A DNA stretch of 60,922 bases, filler included, from Streblomastix strix (GCA_008636045.1; 3 parts of 3 records of this genome joined end to end with filler, not necessarily neighbours in it); one strand, 5' to 3'; counted from the whole stretch's first letter, positions 40,601 through 55,465 are shown. Made by a program: numbers and translations. The notes: generated by a model not told the origin, from the sequence alone.

Positions 40601-40700
40601 NNNNNNNNNNNNNNNNNNNNNNNNNNNNNNNNNNNNNNNNNNNNTTAATTAATTAANNNNNNNNNNNNNNNNNNNNNNNNNNNNNNNNNNNNNNNNNNNN
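40601..40700. other. Artificial contig linker
   Basis: N44-TTAATTAATTAA-N44. Confidence 0.97.
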
Positions 40701-41299
40701 GAGTAAAAATTAAGTAAGAATTAGAAGAAAAAATAAAGATAAAGGAAAAAGAAAGAAAAAGAAGCAAATTGTGAGATTGAAACATTCGAATAACAAAAAA
40801 CTAGTATATAAATGAATGATGATGGTTTGCAATTTAAATTAATAGTTGGATTATTTTTTGTTAATGTTTTTATAATATTTATTATTTTATTATTGAATAG
40901 AATATCATGTTGGAGATGTGATAACTTTATGGATAAATTTTGATGGTGTTCCAATGAGAATAATAGAATGAAAACAAAGGAAAATTGAAAATTGAATAAA
41001 GATTAAGAAATTATTAATTATTTCAATTTTTATTTTTGATTTAATCATTTTATTATCTCTTTAATTAACCCACACCATTTTAAAGGTTAATTTCTATTTT
41101 TTTTGAGTGTTTTTAATTATCCATTTAATTAATTTGTCTTCATAACTTTAAATATGATAAATAAATTATTGAAAAAATATTAAAAATTTTTCTACGTCAT
41201 TTAAGATTTCATCAAACTTAAAGTCATTTATTCAAATATAAATTTACAAACTTAATTTAAAGTCATTTATTCAAATATAAAGAATTTAGACAACGTAGG

Positions 41300-42229
41300 A
41301 TGATTGTTCATGATAAATTGATTCGGGACAATTGGATTAAAACTCAATAAAGTTTCAATCCACATCATTTATAATAAATAAATATTTAAAATAGTTCAAA
41401 GTTATATAAATTACTATTTTATTTGTTTACTCATTGATAAATAGATAAGGATTTATCTATGCTTCTTAGGTTGTGTATGAAACTTAAAATATAAAAAAAA
41501 GTACCTTGATTCCAAAAATCCTATTGATAAATTAACAAATCAGTTTGTCATCTTTTCATTTACACTTATTCCATAATTCATTACTAAATTCATTCACAAA
41601 TATTTATTCATCCACCATCTTCTACCACCCAATTTTCCAAATCAAGTTCATTAATCTTTCACTACACCATCCCATTCTAGTTAGAATGATCCTACCACAC
41701 CTTTTGCTGATGATTATCTTAGCCTTTCAAAGCGAGTGATGGTAAATTATTAGCCTGCATAATACATAAAGATCTAAATATTTATTTTAAAAAAATAAAT
41801 GAAAAAAATGTTAATTGTACATATATATAATTAAAGAAATATAATTAATTTTAATGACAAAAATAATTGATATATATTATTTACATACATAAAATCTGAT
41901 AGCAGGAGGAATATTGAAGAAAGAAACTTTCTGCTCTTAGCCGTTGACAAAGAAATGTAGTGTTCGTGGAGAGGAATCCATATTGACTTCAAGTGCAACA
42001 CTCTATTCTTTATCAAAACTACCAATTGCATAACGGTTTTTATTCTACAAAATATTGCCACTAGAAAAAGATTATATGAAAATACAATAAGTTAAAAATA
42101 AAATTAAGTAAATTATTAAAAAAAATAAAAATATATTATTTATATTCACACTTTTCGTTATATACAACTATTTTCCCTTCTTCTAAAATTTTGAAGTAAT
42201 TTTGAAAAAAAAAATATTTTTTAAAAAAA

Positions 42230-42285
<56 letters not shown>

Positions 42286-44000
42286 TATTATTATTATTAT
42301 TTATATAAAGGTTTAAAACTAGCATACTGAGTAAATGACAAGGACTGGTACATTATAAAAGAATAGAAGTTAGATCATACATGCCAAAAACTTCAATATA
42401 TAAATAATAATAATATTTTTTTTAAAAAAAATTAATATTTATAATAAAATTAAACAAACGATATCCTTCATAATGTCCTCTTTGCTTAAAGATACCTTCA
42501 AATCTAACTATTCCACTTGAAATTTGTGGATTGAATGGGATAGAACCATAATATGTAAAATCAAGAGTACGCACAATAATATTCCCTTATAAATATGCAG
42601 CTTATGAATTATTGATAATTGCAGTAGGAGAAATTGGACCTGGTTGAAGAGGAGCTTTGATTGAAAAATAAAAATTTAGGTTAATAATAAGGTTAATTAA
42701 ATATAATGTTATAAAAAGGTATACAAAACTTATCATACTTATTTATTCTGGGGTTACAACTGTTAATTATGCTAGTATCTACTTTGTTGTTGGTCGTTTT
42801 GAAGGATCCTAAATTGAAAATAGTATGAAAAATTAATTAAAATAATACAATTTGAATAAAGAAAATTAATTCTTATTTTAATTAAAATAATATAACAAGA
42901 ATAAAAAAGAATAGATGCAACACAATATACCTTATTAAGCATAGCTTCAACAAGTCCCTTAAGTTCAACTGGAACCCATCCTGGTAGAACAGATGCTTAA
43001 CTTTTTTTCATTTTCTCAATAGTTGCACTTTCAGATCCAGATTCAAATGGGTGCTAACCTGTAAGCATCTGAAAGATTATTATACCAAGAGAGAAGATGT
43101 CACTTGAAAAATCTAATCTCTTCAATATATGGCCTTCTGGTGCCATATATATACTATTTATATTAAAATAGTTTAGTAAAAAAAAATAAAAATTTTAAGA
43201 AATAAATTGCTATATAATGTATACTTTGTTCCAGCATATTTAGCATATTATTCCTCAATTATCTCTTGTAATAATCCAAAGTCTCCTATATCATATTAAT
43301 AATAAAAATTTTCAACAATTTATAAAAAATAAAAAAAAAATTCAAAAGCAAACCAAGTCGAACAAATCCTTTCGCATCTAAGAATATATTACTTGGCTTC
43401 AAATCTCTGTGCATAACTCCATGAGAATGTAGATGGTTAAGAGCGCGCGTGATTTATATAAAGATCTGTCTTGTTCTCTATTTATAATAATATATTAAAT
43501 ATATTTCATTTTACAAAAAATCTTAATTTACAAACTATTATTTTCTATTCAGGAGAGAATTTCTAAAGATCAGCAATAGCATTTCGAAGATCTCCACCAG
43601 AACAGTATTCCATGATCAAGCAAATTTCTATATCATGAACAAACGTTTCTATTAGATGTACCTGATATAAAACAAGATATGATAAAATTTATAATAATAA
43701 TAATTTTTATTTCCATACAGTGAATTCCGAATCTAAGTTGAACATTGATTTGATTTCTGCATCTGCACAAGCTTTATCTTAATTGTCATAATAATCCAAG
43801 CACTTCATCACAAAATAAACTCCAGTCGCAATCAGCTGAACAAGGAAAGTTCTTGACATTACTCCTCCACGAAGTTTCTTCACAATTTTGTCTGAATAAA
43901 ATTTATTGAAAATTTATTAAAAAATTGTTGGATTTAGTAGAATCATACATGATTCAAATGTGTTTCGCTTGGGCTTTAGTAAATCCTTTATCCCTATCAT
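41300..44000 (-). CDS. NEK-like Ser/Thr kinase with C-terminal SPRY/B30.2-like domain; multi-intron, 3' end approximate
   Basis: IMEYCSGGDL, HRDLKPSNIFL, GDFGL, YMAPE, SDIFSLG, DPSKRPT; then VALEVNMDSSPRTLHFFVNGQEQ. Confidence 0.85.
42235..42282. repeat. (AT)24 microsatellite in an intron
   Basis: Seen directly in the sequence. Confidence 0.95.
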
Positions 44001-44630
44001 TGAAAATCTCTTATAAGAAAAACAATAGAAAAAAATATAATTTTTGTAGAATTATTATATAATTAATATTATAAATTAAAAAAAATCATGCAATTATTCA
44101 TGATTAATAACAAAACATTAAAATATGTTAGTATTAAGCAGGAAAAACACGATTGAAAATTTAATATTGCGCACAATTGTTAATCGAGTGGTATAGCATA
44201 AATGGATTTATATTTTGGGATGATAATATTAAGTTATACAGAAAGGCATGTTTGGTTCGGCGTTAGCGGTAAGGGGAAAAGATGCGGCTGTCTTTATTTC
44301 TTGCCCAAAATTCCCACTTTCTTTCCCAGATCAGCATAAATTTAGTTAATATATATCAATATTTCTTATAACGAATTTTATTAAAACGATTTATATAGTA
44401 AATCCAAAATAATCTTAGTTTGCTAATTTTTTTTAATAATTTTCCTTATGTTTATTTATTCTAATTTTATGAGCCTTATAAATTATATAATTCATTGAAA
44501 ATAATTTTATTTCGTGAAAAATTGCATTTTTAGTATATATTTTACATTTATTTTTCATTTCATACTCAAATTAGCTTTAATATAACCAATTTTATTTTTC
44601 GTTTTTATTTATCAGATTTCATCTGTGATA

Positions 44631-46495
44631 ATGGCTGTGGAACGTCGTATTGCACTTACTATAGATGATGGTATATCAGGTCTGACCTTTGGTGGAGATA
44701 ATAACCAACTTCTGTTCTCATCTTGGGATTCGGTATGCTATGAAATAATTTTTTTTATTTTCTTTTTATTTATTTGTCTTAGCGCCTCAGATTGTTTGAT
44801 GTTCAACGCAACTAACTCACTGCCGATTTCACTTTCTATAGCCCACTTCTCTGCTGTTGTAAGGAAGAAGAAGGATCTGCCGTTTGCGGTGGAATTTCCA
44901 AAGAAGTACTTTTGTATGTAAAATTTAATCAATATTATTTATTTATTATTTATAATTTCATCTCATTATTATTTAGAGTTGATATTGGAGCAGAGAAAAG
45001 TGTATCACTTGGATAACATGAAGATTGCGTTCGTTGTGTTGAATATTGGAAAGAAGGAAGTATATATATTTTATATATTATCCATATTTTATTAATTACA
45101 CATAATTCTTATTACGCATAATTCTTATTTTATTATTTACACATCATTCATTCATTCATCATCATCACCATTATATCCACTCAATATATACCTTCAATTA
45201 TACCCCCATCAGGACTTATAATCAGCGGCAGTTGGGACCAGAAAATAAAATCGTGGGATAGGAGAAGCGAGACACGCAAGAACGTATGGAGTGTTGACAT
45301 GAAGGACAAAGTGTACTGCATGGATGTCAGGGGGAATGCTTGTGTTGTTGGTTTGGCTGATGGACGTGTGCTTGGATACGACTTGAGGAATATGGTTTGG
45401 AGATTAGATTGAGATTGAATTGTGTATAATATTTGAATTTTGATATATTGGATAAATAAATTTAATTATTTTATTTTTAATTATATATAATTATTCACAA
45501 TTTAAATTTATTCTATATATTAATACCAATTAATTAAATAATTCAAGGGCACATTCCTCTACTCGTCAATCTCGCCACTCAAATACCAAACACGTTGCAT
45601 CAGAATCTTCCCAAATTGCGAAGGTTTCGCGCTCGCTGGAATTGAAGGCCGTGTTGCGATGGAATATTTTGGCCAAGATGATGAACAGCAGAGCAAGAAA
45701 TACACCTTCAAATGCCACAGGGAACAAAGAGGTGGTGTTGATTATGTGTATACGATTAATACGGTTGAGTTTCATCCGATGTGTGAGAATTTTAATGGAT
45801 GAAAAAACAATTTTATTTATTTCGATATATTTGTGTATATTTGTATATATTTAATATTTTTTTTATTTTAATTTTATTATTATTTTGTTTAATTTTAATT
45901 ATTTAATTATTATTTAATTATATTAATAATTTATATATAATTATATTTAATTATATTTACACCTATTTCATATTTAATCTCAGTTATGGCACATTTGCAT
46001 CTGGTGGGTGTGATGGAGTAGTCAATATATGGGATGGGGAGAAGAGGAAAAGACTCACACAGTTCCCTAAATATGAAACTAGGTTTATTTATTAAGGAAA
46101 TAATTTATTTATTCATATTTATATGTAATATTAATTCTAATGATATTATTAATTTTATTATTTATATATTTGATATTTATTCATTTATTATTAATTAATT
46201 TATTTGTTAATTTATTTATTGTATTAATCAGCATAAGTTCATTGAGTTTTAATGGAGATGGAACACTGTTAGCTATTGCTGCTTCATATACTTGGGAAAG
46301 CGGAGATGAAGAGTTTGTAATTATTAAATTATCTTTTTTTTAATTGCATATCAAATATTATTATTTATTTTTTCCAGTCATCCTGCAGACTCAATTTATG
46401 TGAGAACTATTAGTGATTCTGATGTTAGACCGAAAGGAATGGCCGCCACTTCTGCGCCTATTCCATAAACACAAGTAAAAATTGAATAAACATGA
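44631..46495 (+). CDS. BUB3: Mitotic checkpoint WD40 protein BUB3, multi-intron
   Basis: DDGISGL...[80 protein letters not shown]. Confidence 0.9.
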
Positions 46496-47159
46496 TTATT
46501 TAATTCATGTACTATTTTATAAATATTTTTTTAATTATTAATGTGCTCTAGTAGCTTATTTTCTTAAGCACAGTTTTTCCAGTTTATTTATCTGCTTCAT
46601 TTTCCACTATTAAGAAGCATTTGAAGGTAATAATGCAAAATATATTATCAAATATTGTTGTTACTTTATTTATTCGGTTTTATATTTCTCCCAAATCAGC
46701 ATTTACGCTTTAAATTGCTACAATAAATTGCAAATAAATAATTTCATCGAATGCACAAAATAACTGTTTTTTGATAATTTGTTCAATTAAAATTAACAAT
46801 TTCAAATATTTATCTAATTATTTTCACAGTCTATAATAATAAAACATTGATTATGCACCAAACAATCTCACTGATTTTTTCCCACCTGAGATATGATAAT
46901 ATATCCTGTTATTTATCATATTTATACATTAAATTAAGCTGTATAAAAACAAAAATTAAATTAAATTTGATGCACATAATTATTGTATATTTAATTGAAA
47001 TCGTTCCTACAAAAAACAATATGTCAAAAAAATATTATAAGCTTTTCCAAAAAAATGAGTTAACTCAATGTTTTTATTAAATCTATTACTTTAATTTTAT
47101 TCATTTTCTTTAACAGTAATTATTTCAGTTTATTATAAATCTTAATTATCTATTTTAAG

Positions 47160-50100
47160 ATGATCATTCCAATTCTACTAAATCTAGCCATTATTTTTGG
47201 CTAAAATTTGCCTTCATCATTCCAAGAACCTCTTACAACATACACACCTCTATCCATACACCCACTTCACATTGATTCAGACTTTCCACCTACATAAAGA
47301 TCTGCCAATGCACCCTGCCTGGGTTATGTGAGCAAGAATAACGTCGGTGCGAATCCAAAGACCGTCGAGGCTGTTCTTAACCGCACTACTTGTGCAGATG
47401 GCTTTGATATCACATTGTTGGATGCTATTCATTATGAGTCTGTATTGGTCAATATATCTAAGGGGTCTCCGGTTCTCATCAAAGTATGAAGACATAATAT
47501 TTAATTGGATATAATAATATATTTATATTTAATTTACATTTTACTATCATTATTATTTATTATTTATTAATTACTATTTATTATTTATTATTAATTAATT
47601 ACTATTATTTATATTAGGGCGGTCCTCCACAAGATGGACAGGACATTTTCACAACCTGGAGTGTCAATACATCAGCTGAATACACCATTCAAATACTAAA
47701 AGGGTATCTAACCCTTCAGATTATAGAGTTCAAGTACTTCGTTAGTGTTAATCAAGGCTGTCAACCATCAGAAAGTATCATTAAATCATACTACGCGATC
47801 AATTTCATATCGCTGACCACTAAACAGTGCGTTTTCAGTAATACTGGAGCCAATATCAATGCGAGTAAGATGATTGATTAGCTGGATATTACAGAACAGA
47901 TTCTAAGAGATACAATTTTCTAAGATGTTAAAAGTAACAGTGTCAACTCAATAGTTTCAGGAAGTACAACACAAAGTGCTACTCGATTCATACTTGAGAA
48001 CTGCACTTTTTAGAATATCGATATTTCATATTCATCTGGACAAGGCGCTTACTCTGCAGTTTTAAATGGAGTGAACCAAACCGTAGTTATCAACAAATCC
48101 ACATTCAGGAATTGCTCTAATCAATTATCGGCAACTGGAGCAGGAGCTATTTTCATATCCTTCTCGAATGCTTCTGTTGTCAGCAATGAGATCAACATCA
48201 CAAGCAGCAGATTCCTCTACAATGCTGGTTATAACACTGGCGCTATTTTTTCAGAGAGAGTTACAAACAAAGTAAATTTGACCAACAATCAATTTATTGG
48301 AAACAGTCAAATTGCTGTAGCTTCAGGAAAAGGACGTGATGCATAATTGGCATGGCCTAAATACTCAAGTGTTCAAACAGCTGATGCAGCTAAATAGAAA
48401 GTGCAATAGTTGTTTAATGGTGGTACATCAACAATTAGGAACAGTATACACTACTTGTTTATAGTTAATGATAAAGAAGATGCAAATGGATTTATTGATC
48501 TGAATGTTACGTAAGAGCTTTGTCAATCAAAAGCTGAAATGACTGCAGATTGCATGTGTGATCCTGATTCTACAACATATCCTGCTGCTCAATGTTAGAA
48601 AGATAAACTTTGCATAACTGATTTATCTCATCAAACTCCTTCTAATTGTCCATGCTTAAATACTTCTGATCCAAGAGCTGGTTAAACTTGTCCAGCTTAT
48701 TGTGTTAAAGGAAATGTAACATCTGATTGCACATGCAATTCAAATACATCTGGATATACAGTAGCATAATGCAATTAAGAGAAGTTATGCAAATTTAATC
48801 TATCAACACAAACACCATCAAATTGTCCATGCTTAAATACTTCTGATCCTCGAGCTGGATAAACTTGTTCAGCTTATTGTACTGGAAAAAATACTCCTTC
48901 TTCAAACTGCACATGTGATTCAAACTCCACTAATTATCCAATAACCAAATGTCAATAAGATAAATAATGCGATATAAACTTAATTAACCAAACAATAGAA
49001 AACTGTCCATGTTTGAATACAAGTGATCCAAGAGCTGGAAAGGGTGAATGTCCAGCTTATTGTATAAAAGGACAAGTTAATCAAAGTTGTGTTTGCGATA
49101 CTGGCAATTCTTCTTTTCCTTTATAAAGTTGTTAGACAGAGAAATTGTGTATTACAGATTTAGCTAGTTAGACTAATGCAACGTGTCCATGTTTGAATAC
49201 TTCTGATCCAAGAGCTGGAAAAGGATAATGTCCAGCATATTGCGTTAAAGGATCGGTAACTACCAATTGCACTTGTGATACGAATCTACCTGGATTTACA
49301 GTTAGTTAATGTTAGTAAGAGAAATAATGCTTAAATAATTTAGTTAATCAGACAGCTGCTAATTGTCCATGTTAACCAACTGGTGATCCAAGAGCTGGCT
49401 AAGGATAATGTCCAGCTTATTGTGTTAAAGGAAATGTAACATCTGATTGCGTATGTGATTCAAATACATCTGGATATACAGTTGCATAATGCAATTAAGA
49501 GAAGTTATGCAAATTTAATCTATCAACACAAACTCCATCAAATTGTCCATGTTTGAATACTTCTGATCCACGAGCTGGATAAACTTGTCCAGCTTATTGT
49601 GTGAAAGACTATGCAACTGCTACATGCACATGTGATACAAATGCAACAAACTATACTGTTAGTCAATGCTAACAAGAGAAATTATGCATTACAAATTTAG
49701 TTAACCAGACAATAGCTAATTGTCCATGTTTACCAACTGGTGATCCAAGAGCTGGAAAAGGATAATGTCCAGCTTATTGCACTGGACCAAACGCTCCAAC
49801 TTCTGATTGCGTATGCGATTCAAATCCGTCAGCATAATATCCTCCTCAAACTTGTCAATCGAATAAGAAATGCACAGCAAGTTCGAATACTTCAGTACCA
49901 TAAGATTCATGCACATGTACTGGATCTAATAACCCAACTGGATGCAAGTGTCCAACTGATTCAACAGAACTAACTGGAATTCCTTCTTCAAGATGCGCAT
50001 GTAGAACTACTGCAGATCCCAGAGCAAATGGAATCTGCCCAGCATATTGTGTTAAAGGATCAGTTAATTCTTCTTGCACATGTGATACAGGTTCTTCTAC

Positions 50101-52998
50101 TTATCCTTCTACATAATGTTAATAAGAGAAGTTATGTATAACAAGTTTGGCTAATCAAACTGCAGCTAATTGTCCATGTTTAAGCACTGGTGATCCAAGA
50201 GCTGGAAAAGGATAATGTCCAGCTTATTGCACTGGACCAAATAATCCAACTTCTGATTGTGCATGTGATTCAAACCCGTCAGCATAATATCCTCCTGCAA
50301 CATGTTGGGCATATAAAGGATAATGCACCGTTTCTTCTGGTTCTTCAGTTCCATAAGATTCATGCACATGTTCTGGATCCAATTATCCATCGGGTTGCAA
50401 GTGTCCAACTGATTCATCACAACTAACTGGAATTCCTAAAGAAAGATGTGAATGCAGAACAACTGCAGATCCCAGAGCAAATGGAATTTGTCCTGCATAT
50501 TGTTAAAGAGGTTATACAACTACAGATTGCTTTTGCGATACTGGTTCATAAACATATCCACAATCAACTTGCTAGAAAGATAAGTTATGCATAACTAATT
50601 TAATACAATAATCAAAAGCTGACTGTCCATGTTTGATGAAAGCTGATCCAAGAGCTGGTGGCGTTTGTCCAGCATATTGCATATCAAAAGCTGAATTAAC
50701 TGTTGAATGTATGTGTGAATTAGGATCTTCATCATATCCACAAGCAACTTGCGAGAGAGATAAATTATGCATTGTAGATTTAATTCATCAATCAACTGCT
50801 AATTGTCCTTGCCTAGTAGTAGATGATCCAAGAGGTGAATCAGTTTGCAAATAAACAGATATCGATCCATCAGATCCAGATCCAACTGATCCTATAATTC
50901 CTGATCCATCTGAAAAAGATCCTGAAACTGATTAAGAATAAGGAGGAGGACCAAAAGAAGATGAAGATGAAAAAAAGACTGAAAAAGAAGAATCGGGTTC
51001 ATCGAGTATGATCTGGATTATATTCGTTGTTGTTGGAGTAATGGCTGTAGCAGTGATTGTTGTTATTTCATTCTTTGTGTTCAGATCGAGAAATCAGAAG
51101 AAGAAAATAGAAATTTAGAAGAAAAATAAAGAAATTCAGATGGAAGTAAAAGAAAAAATAATAGAAGTGGAAAAATAGAAGATTTTAAACCCAAAGAATT
51201 AATAATCTAAAATCCCTCAAATAACTCAAATATAGAAGAAAAATTAATAATCTTCACCTTAATCATAAATGTCATAATAATCTTCATCATCAGAAGGATA
51301 AATTTCACCACAAAATATTTCTCAATCAGATTAAACTACATCAGCAACAACTTCATTAACATCTTCTTCACTTCATTCATAACCAAAACTAATTCCTGAT
51401 CTTTCTCAATCACTAATGTCAATATCATCATCAATGATATCTTTATCTTCTTCTATTAGTACTCTTTCTCAATCGATGAAGTCAGTTTCTTCGCAAAATA
51501 CTCAAAGTTCTCTCTTCTCATCAATTAGTTCGCTTTCTTCTTCGATAAGCTCACTTTCGAGTTCTACTTCTTCAATTGATTAATAATAATAATAATAATA
51601 ATCAGAAGAAAAACCGCTGTTTGTGTCTAAAAGATATAACATAGAAGGTAATAAGAACTAAGAAGGCGTGAAATAAAATTAAACTTAAACTTAAAATAAA
51701 CTTAAAACGAAGAATAATAACTTAAAAAACAAAGATTAATAAAAATAGAAAGATTCAGATAATAAACTCAATAAATCTGAAAAATAATCTGATCTAAATA
51801 AACAAAAGGAAAAAGAATTAAAAAGAAGTTAAAGTAAAGAAAAGGAATCAAAATTGAGTCGATCAAAATCAAAGATCAGAAAAAATTAAGAAAATGAAGA
51901 TATAAAATAAATTAAACAAAAGAAAGAAAGAAAAGATGAAATAAATGTTGATAATAAATTGAAAAATATAACAAAGAAAAATAAGAAAGAAAACAAAAGT
52001 GAATCAAGAATGAGTAGTTCTACAAAGAAATTGGACAAGTATAATAAATTTTCTTATTATTAATATTATAATTTTAAATTATTATTTTTTTTTTTATTAT
52101 TATTCATTTTTATTTATTTTTTTTTTTACTTTTTCTTTCGATTTATTACTCTAGATCTGGAAGTAACAAAACTAAAAACAGAATCAAAGTTCATAAAGCA
52201 AAAATAGATAAAGATAAAGATGAAGATTTCAGTGAAAGTTCAGATATGAGTAATGATAAAAGAAAAGATAAGAAAAAGAAACATGCAGATGAAAAGTCAA
52301 GAAAAACAAGATCTCATTCTAAATAAGATGATAAAAGAAGCAATTCTAAAAAGAAAAAGAAAATGAAAACAAGTTAAGATAGTTTGGATAGTTCTAGTGA
52401 TTCGTTATCATCATCATCTTCTTCTTTATCATCATTTTCTTCTTCATCATCAACATCATCTTCATCTTCTTCTTCTTCTTCTTCTTCTTCATCATCCTCA
52501 TAAATTTCATCTAAAGAACCTCATCCAGCTGTTATCAAACCTTTCTACCAATCAAAAGTATTGGACAGGAGCTTTAAATCCCCATCAGAGAGTCATCGTG
52601 GTAGTATGAATGATAATGATGACTAAAGTATCAGATCAACGGTGTCATAAATATCTAATGATGAGAGCTCTATATAATAATCAATGGATGGCGGTTTAGA
52701 TTAATCACAGGCATCAAGCTCATATTTGTGGAATATGTATAAGTAATACATGGTATGATATAAATAATTAATTTATTAATCAATTATTGAATACATTGAA
52801 AAAAGACATAAATTAATAATTAGCTTATTTTTTATTTCTTATTTTATTCTCATAATCGTATATCGATGAATTTAGTCTCCAGATGAATACTCATAAAGCA
52901 ACACAGTGAGTGTCAATACTGGTGATAGAAGAAGAGACGAATCACCAATTTCGTAGAATTCAATTAGCAGTTCTGAAGCTAAGAGCAACAAAAGTTGA
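47160..52998 (+). CDS. Type I membrane surface protein with beta-helix, Cys-rich repeats, TM helix and S/K/Q-rich tail; 3' end 52758 or 52998
   Basis: Signal peptide MIIPILLNLAIIFG, GAGAI motifs, DPR Cys repeats, and TM MIWIIFVVVGVMAVAVIVVISFFVF at ~51008-51082. Confidence 0.8.
48520..50850 (+). repeat. Tandem ~60-aa Cys-rich coding repeats
   Basis: Twelve DPR cores; unit C..DL..QT..NCPC..T.DPRAG..CPAYC......C.CD......Y....CQ.EK. Confidence 0.9.
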
Positions 52999-53099
52999 AT
53001 TTAAATAATAAGAAGAATTATTGAGTAAGAATATTTGAAATGAAGTTGTTTTAACTTGTAATGATTTTTGATATAATTTATTTTTTTTGTGAACTTCAC

Positions 53100-53870
53100 T
53101 TCAGTAGAGCAAGTATATTTATAAGTAGTCTTGATCTTCTTTAATAAACTGTTAATTATTTCTTCCATTATCCCCTTCAATAATAACAAATTTATAAAGT
53201 AATCAAACTAAATTAATTAATTCTTCATCATATATAAAAAATAATCCATATTAATCATTATTTTTAAATCAAATCTATTTGAATAGTAAACATAACTCAC
53301 TTCATTCCTTTTTGCTATTTGTTCAATGAGACCAGCCAAAATCGAAGGAATATCTATGACACTCAGTAATTTGCAAACAAACTGACAAGGTAGACTTATG
53401 ACTACAACCGAAAACAAAGTCTGAACGTCAATCACACAAATTTCTGAAGACTAGAGATGGAATTGTATGTCCAAGAGTAACATTTTTTATTTGACTGAAA
53501 AGAATTGATAGCAAACATGGTCGATCCATCTTAGATAATAAGTATGGAGCATTATGGTAGAATAAAGACATAACTATACTAGCCAAAAGAGGCCAAATCT
53601 AACTCAGATTAAAGAAGTTACTAGACGTGATGAGTATTAAAAGCAAACAAGTAAATTCATTTGAACACTCAGCAGCAGCATAATTAGTAGTTATAGATCT
53701 AGACGAAACGTTATTAAACACATACGCAGGAAATGCGAGGAATCCAAAATTTACAAATGAGTTCTTTATATTTGCAGAGAGATTAAAAGACAATGAAATA
53801 GCAACGAAATTATCTGAATCTCATGGTCAAGTGGAATGTAAATCAATTTCAAATTCTCAATAAAGGTGAA
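53100..53870 (+). pseudogene. Decayed tyrosine recombinase (DIRS/Crypton-like relic); boundaries approximate
   Basis: LFAICSMRPAKIEG (box I), IVCPRVTFF, NSFEHSAA, YAGNARNPKFTNEFFIF (degenerate boxes II/III); multiple TGA. Confidence 0.55.
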
Positions 53871-55465
53871 GTTGTTGGATATAATATATACAATCAACAA
53901 TTGCCAATGAGTAACTATCGTTAATTAGATGATGTATAATAATATATATCAACTTCGCCTTTGTCCTACCCATTAGTCTAAAACTCTATAGAAATTTATT
54001 CTTATAGTTTTTTACTTTATTCCAAACCCTTTGTGGCATTTGTGAATCAATCACTGCACTTTATGTATCTTACATTTTCTTTATTTCATCACCTTAATCA
54101 AACACCTGAAAATGACTTCAGGCAACTTTGACAAGTAAGTAGGTGAACTGTTGATAATGGTATCTGATAAGCTAGTAAGCATGAGATGCCAGCAATCATT
54201 CATGGGAGGATATGTTCAAGCAGTTCGCCGATAGAATTGAAACTAGAAAAAAAGATATTTTTATTTATCGGCTATTTTATTTAACATTTAACTATTTTTA
54301 TTCAACATTTTAACCAGCTTTAACTTTATCATTTAACTTTATTTTGTTTAATTAACTGTTTTTTATTGAACTTTAATCCTATTGTTCGATGCGTGAATTT
54401 CTATGCTTAACTACGCAGTCATTTATTTTGTTTTTTTACTCTTACATATCATTTGTTTATGGGGAGTTTCTCTTGCTGGCTCTCTTCTCACCCACTTTTC
54501 ATTTTTTAAAACAACATTTCATCAATTTTTCTGCTGGATCTCCTGTTGTGAGTCCAGATTTATCAATTTTTTCTACATTTCTTTTTTGTTTTTCTTAATA
54601 GCTACCCCATTGTAAACATCTTTTGAGGAATGTCCAGAAGAATCACTTCAAATAGTTGATGACATTCACTCAATTTAGGCAAAGTTGTTGTATAGTATTA
54701 TATGTCCTCTAAATAAAATAAAATAACTTAAAGTGTTAGTTCATTATTTTTTTTAAATCTTAGATGTTAAAATAATTTCAAATAATTCATATCAATCACA
54801 ATTATGCTCGAATCATATAACGTAAAACTTAACTATTAAACTGAATATTTTTTGTTGTATTTTGCATCAAAATCTTAATTATACATTTATAATATATTAT
54901 TATGTTTATTTATAATTATTAAACTGTTTGATAAGTCCTGCTAGGATAGTTGAATTTGGTCCCATAAAAATAGATAATAATGATATAAAATGACATATCA
55001 TCTGATATATCATTGATGTCATTTAATAATTTTCCTATGGGGACTTTAACTTTTTATTATATACTTCTAAAATCTATATTATTTGTTAAATTAATTTAAA
55101 TATTGCATATTTTTTATTTTTAATAATTATAACTTTTGATTGTATTCAAAAAATGAAGACAAAATTTAGGCTTCAATACAAATGCATGTTGTACCTTTAA
55201 TTAATATATATCATTCAATATGCTCAAAACAAGTAAAAAAATGTGGGTATTTTGGCATATTTAATTATTTAAATTTTTTAATATTTTAGAGAGACGATTT
55301 ATATATCAGAGGAAAAGGTAAAAAACGCTATCAAATATGTTTAAGTTATTTTTGTAGCAGAAATTTCGCAGAATTTATGAAAAAACGTTCAATTATAAAT
55401 ATAGTTAAAATATTACATAAATTAATGTAGTTAAATATTAAATGGAGTGAATGTTAATAAATGTT

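Noticed and set aside
41218..41281. ~25-bp direct repeat TTAAAGTCATTTATTCAAATATAAA
   Set aside because: Short local AT-rich duplication with no associated structure.
48520..50850. Regularly spaced GATCCAAGAGCTGG repeats as a possible CRISPR array
   Set aside because: In-frame protein repeats ~180 bp apart with homologous 'spacers'; no cas genes; eukaryotic DNA.
53680..53725. VIDLDETLL resembling a HAD/FCP1 DxDxT phosphatase motif
   Set aside because: Surrounding motifs fit a decayed tyrosine recombinase better, and no other HAD motifs are present.
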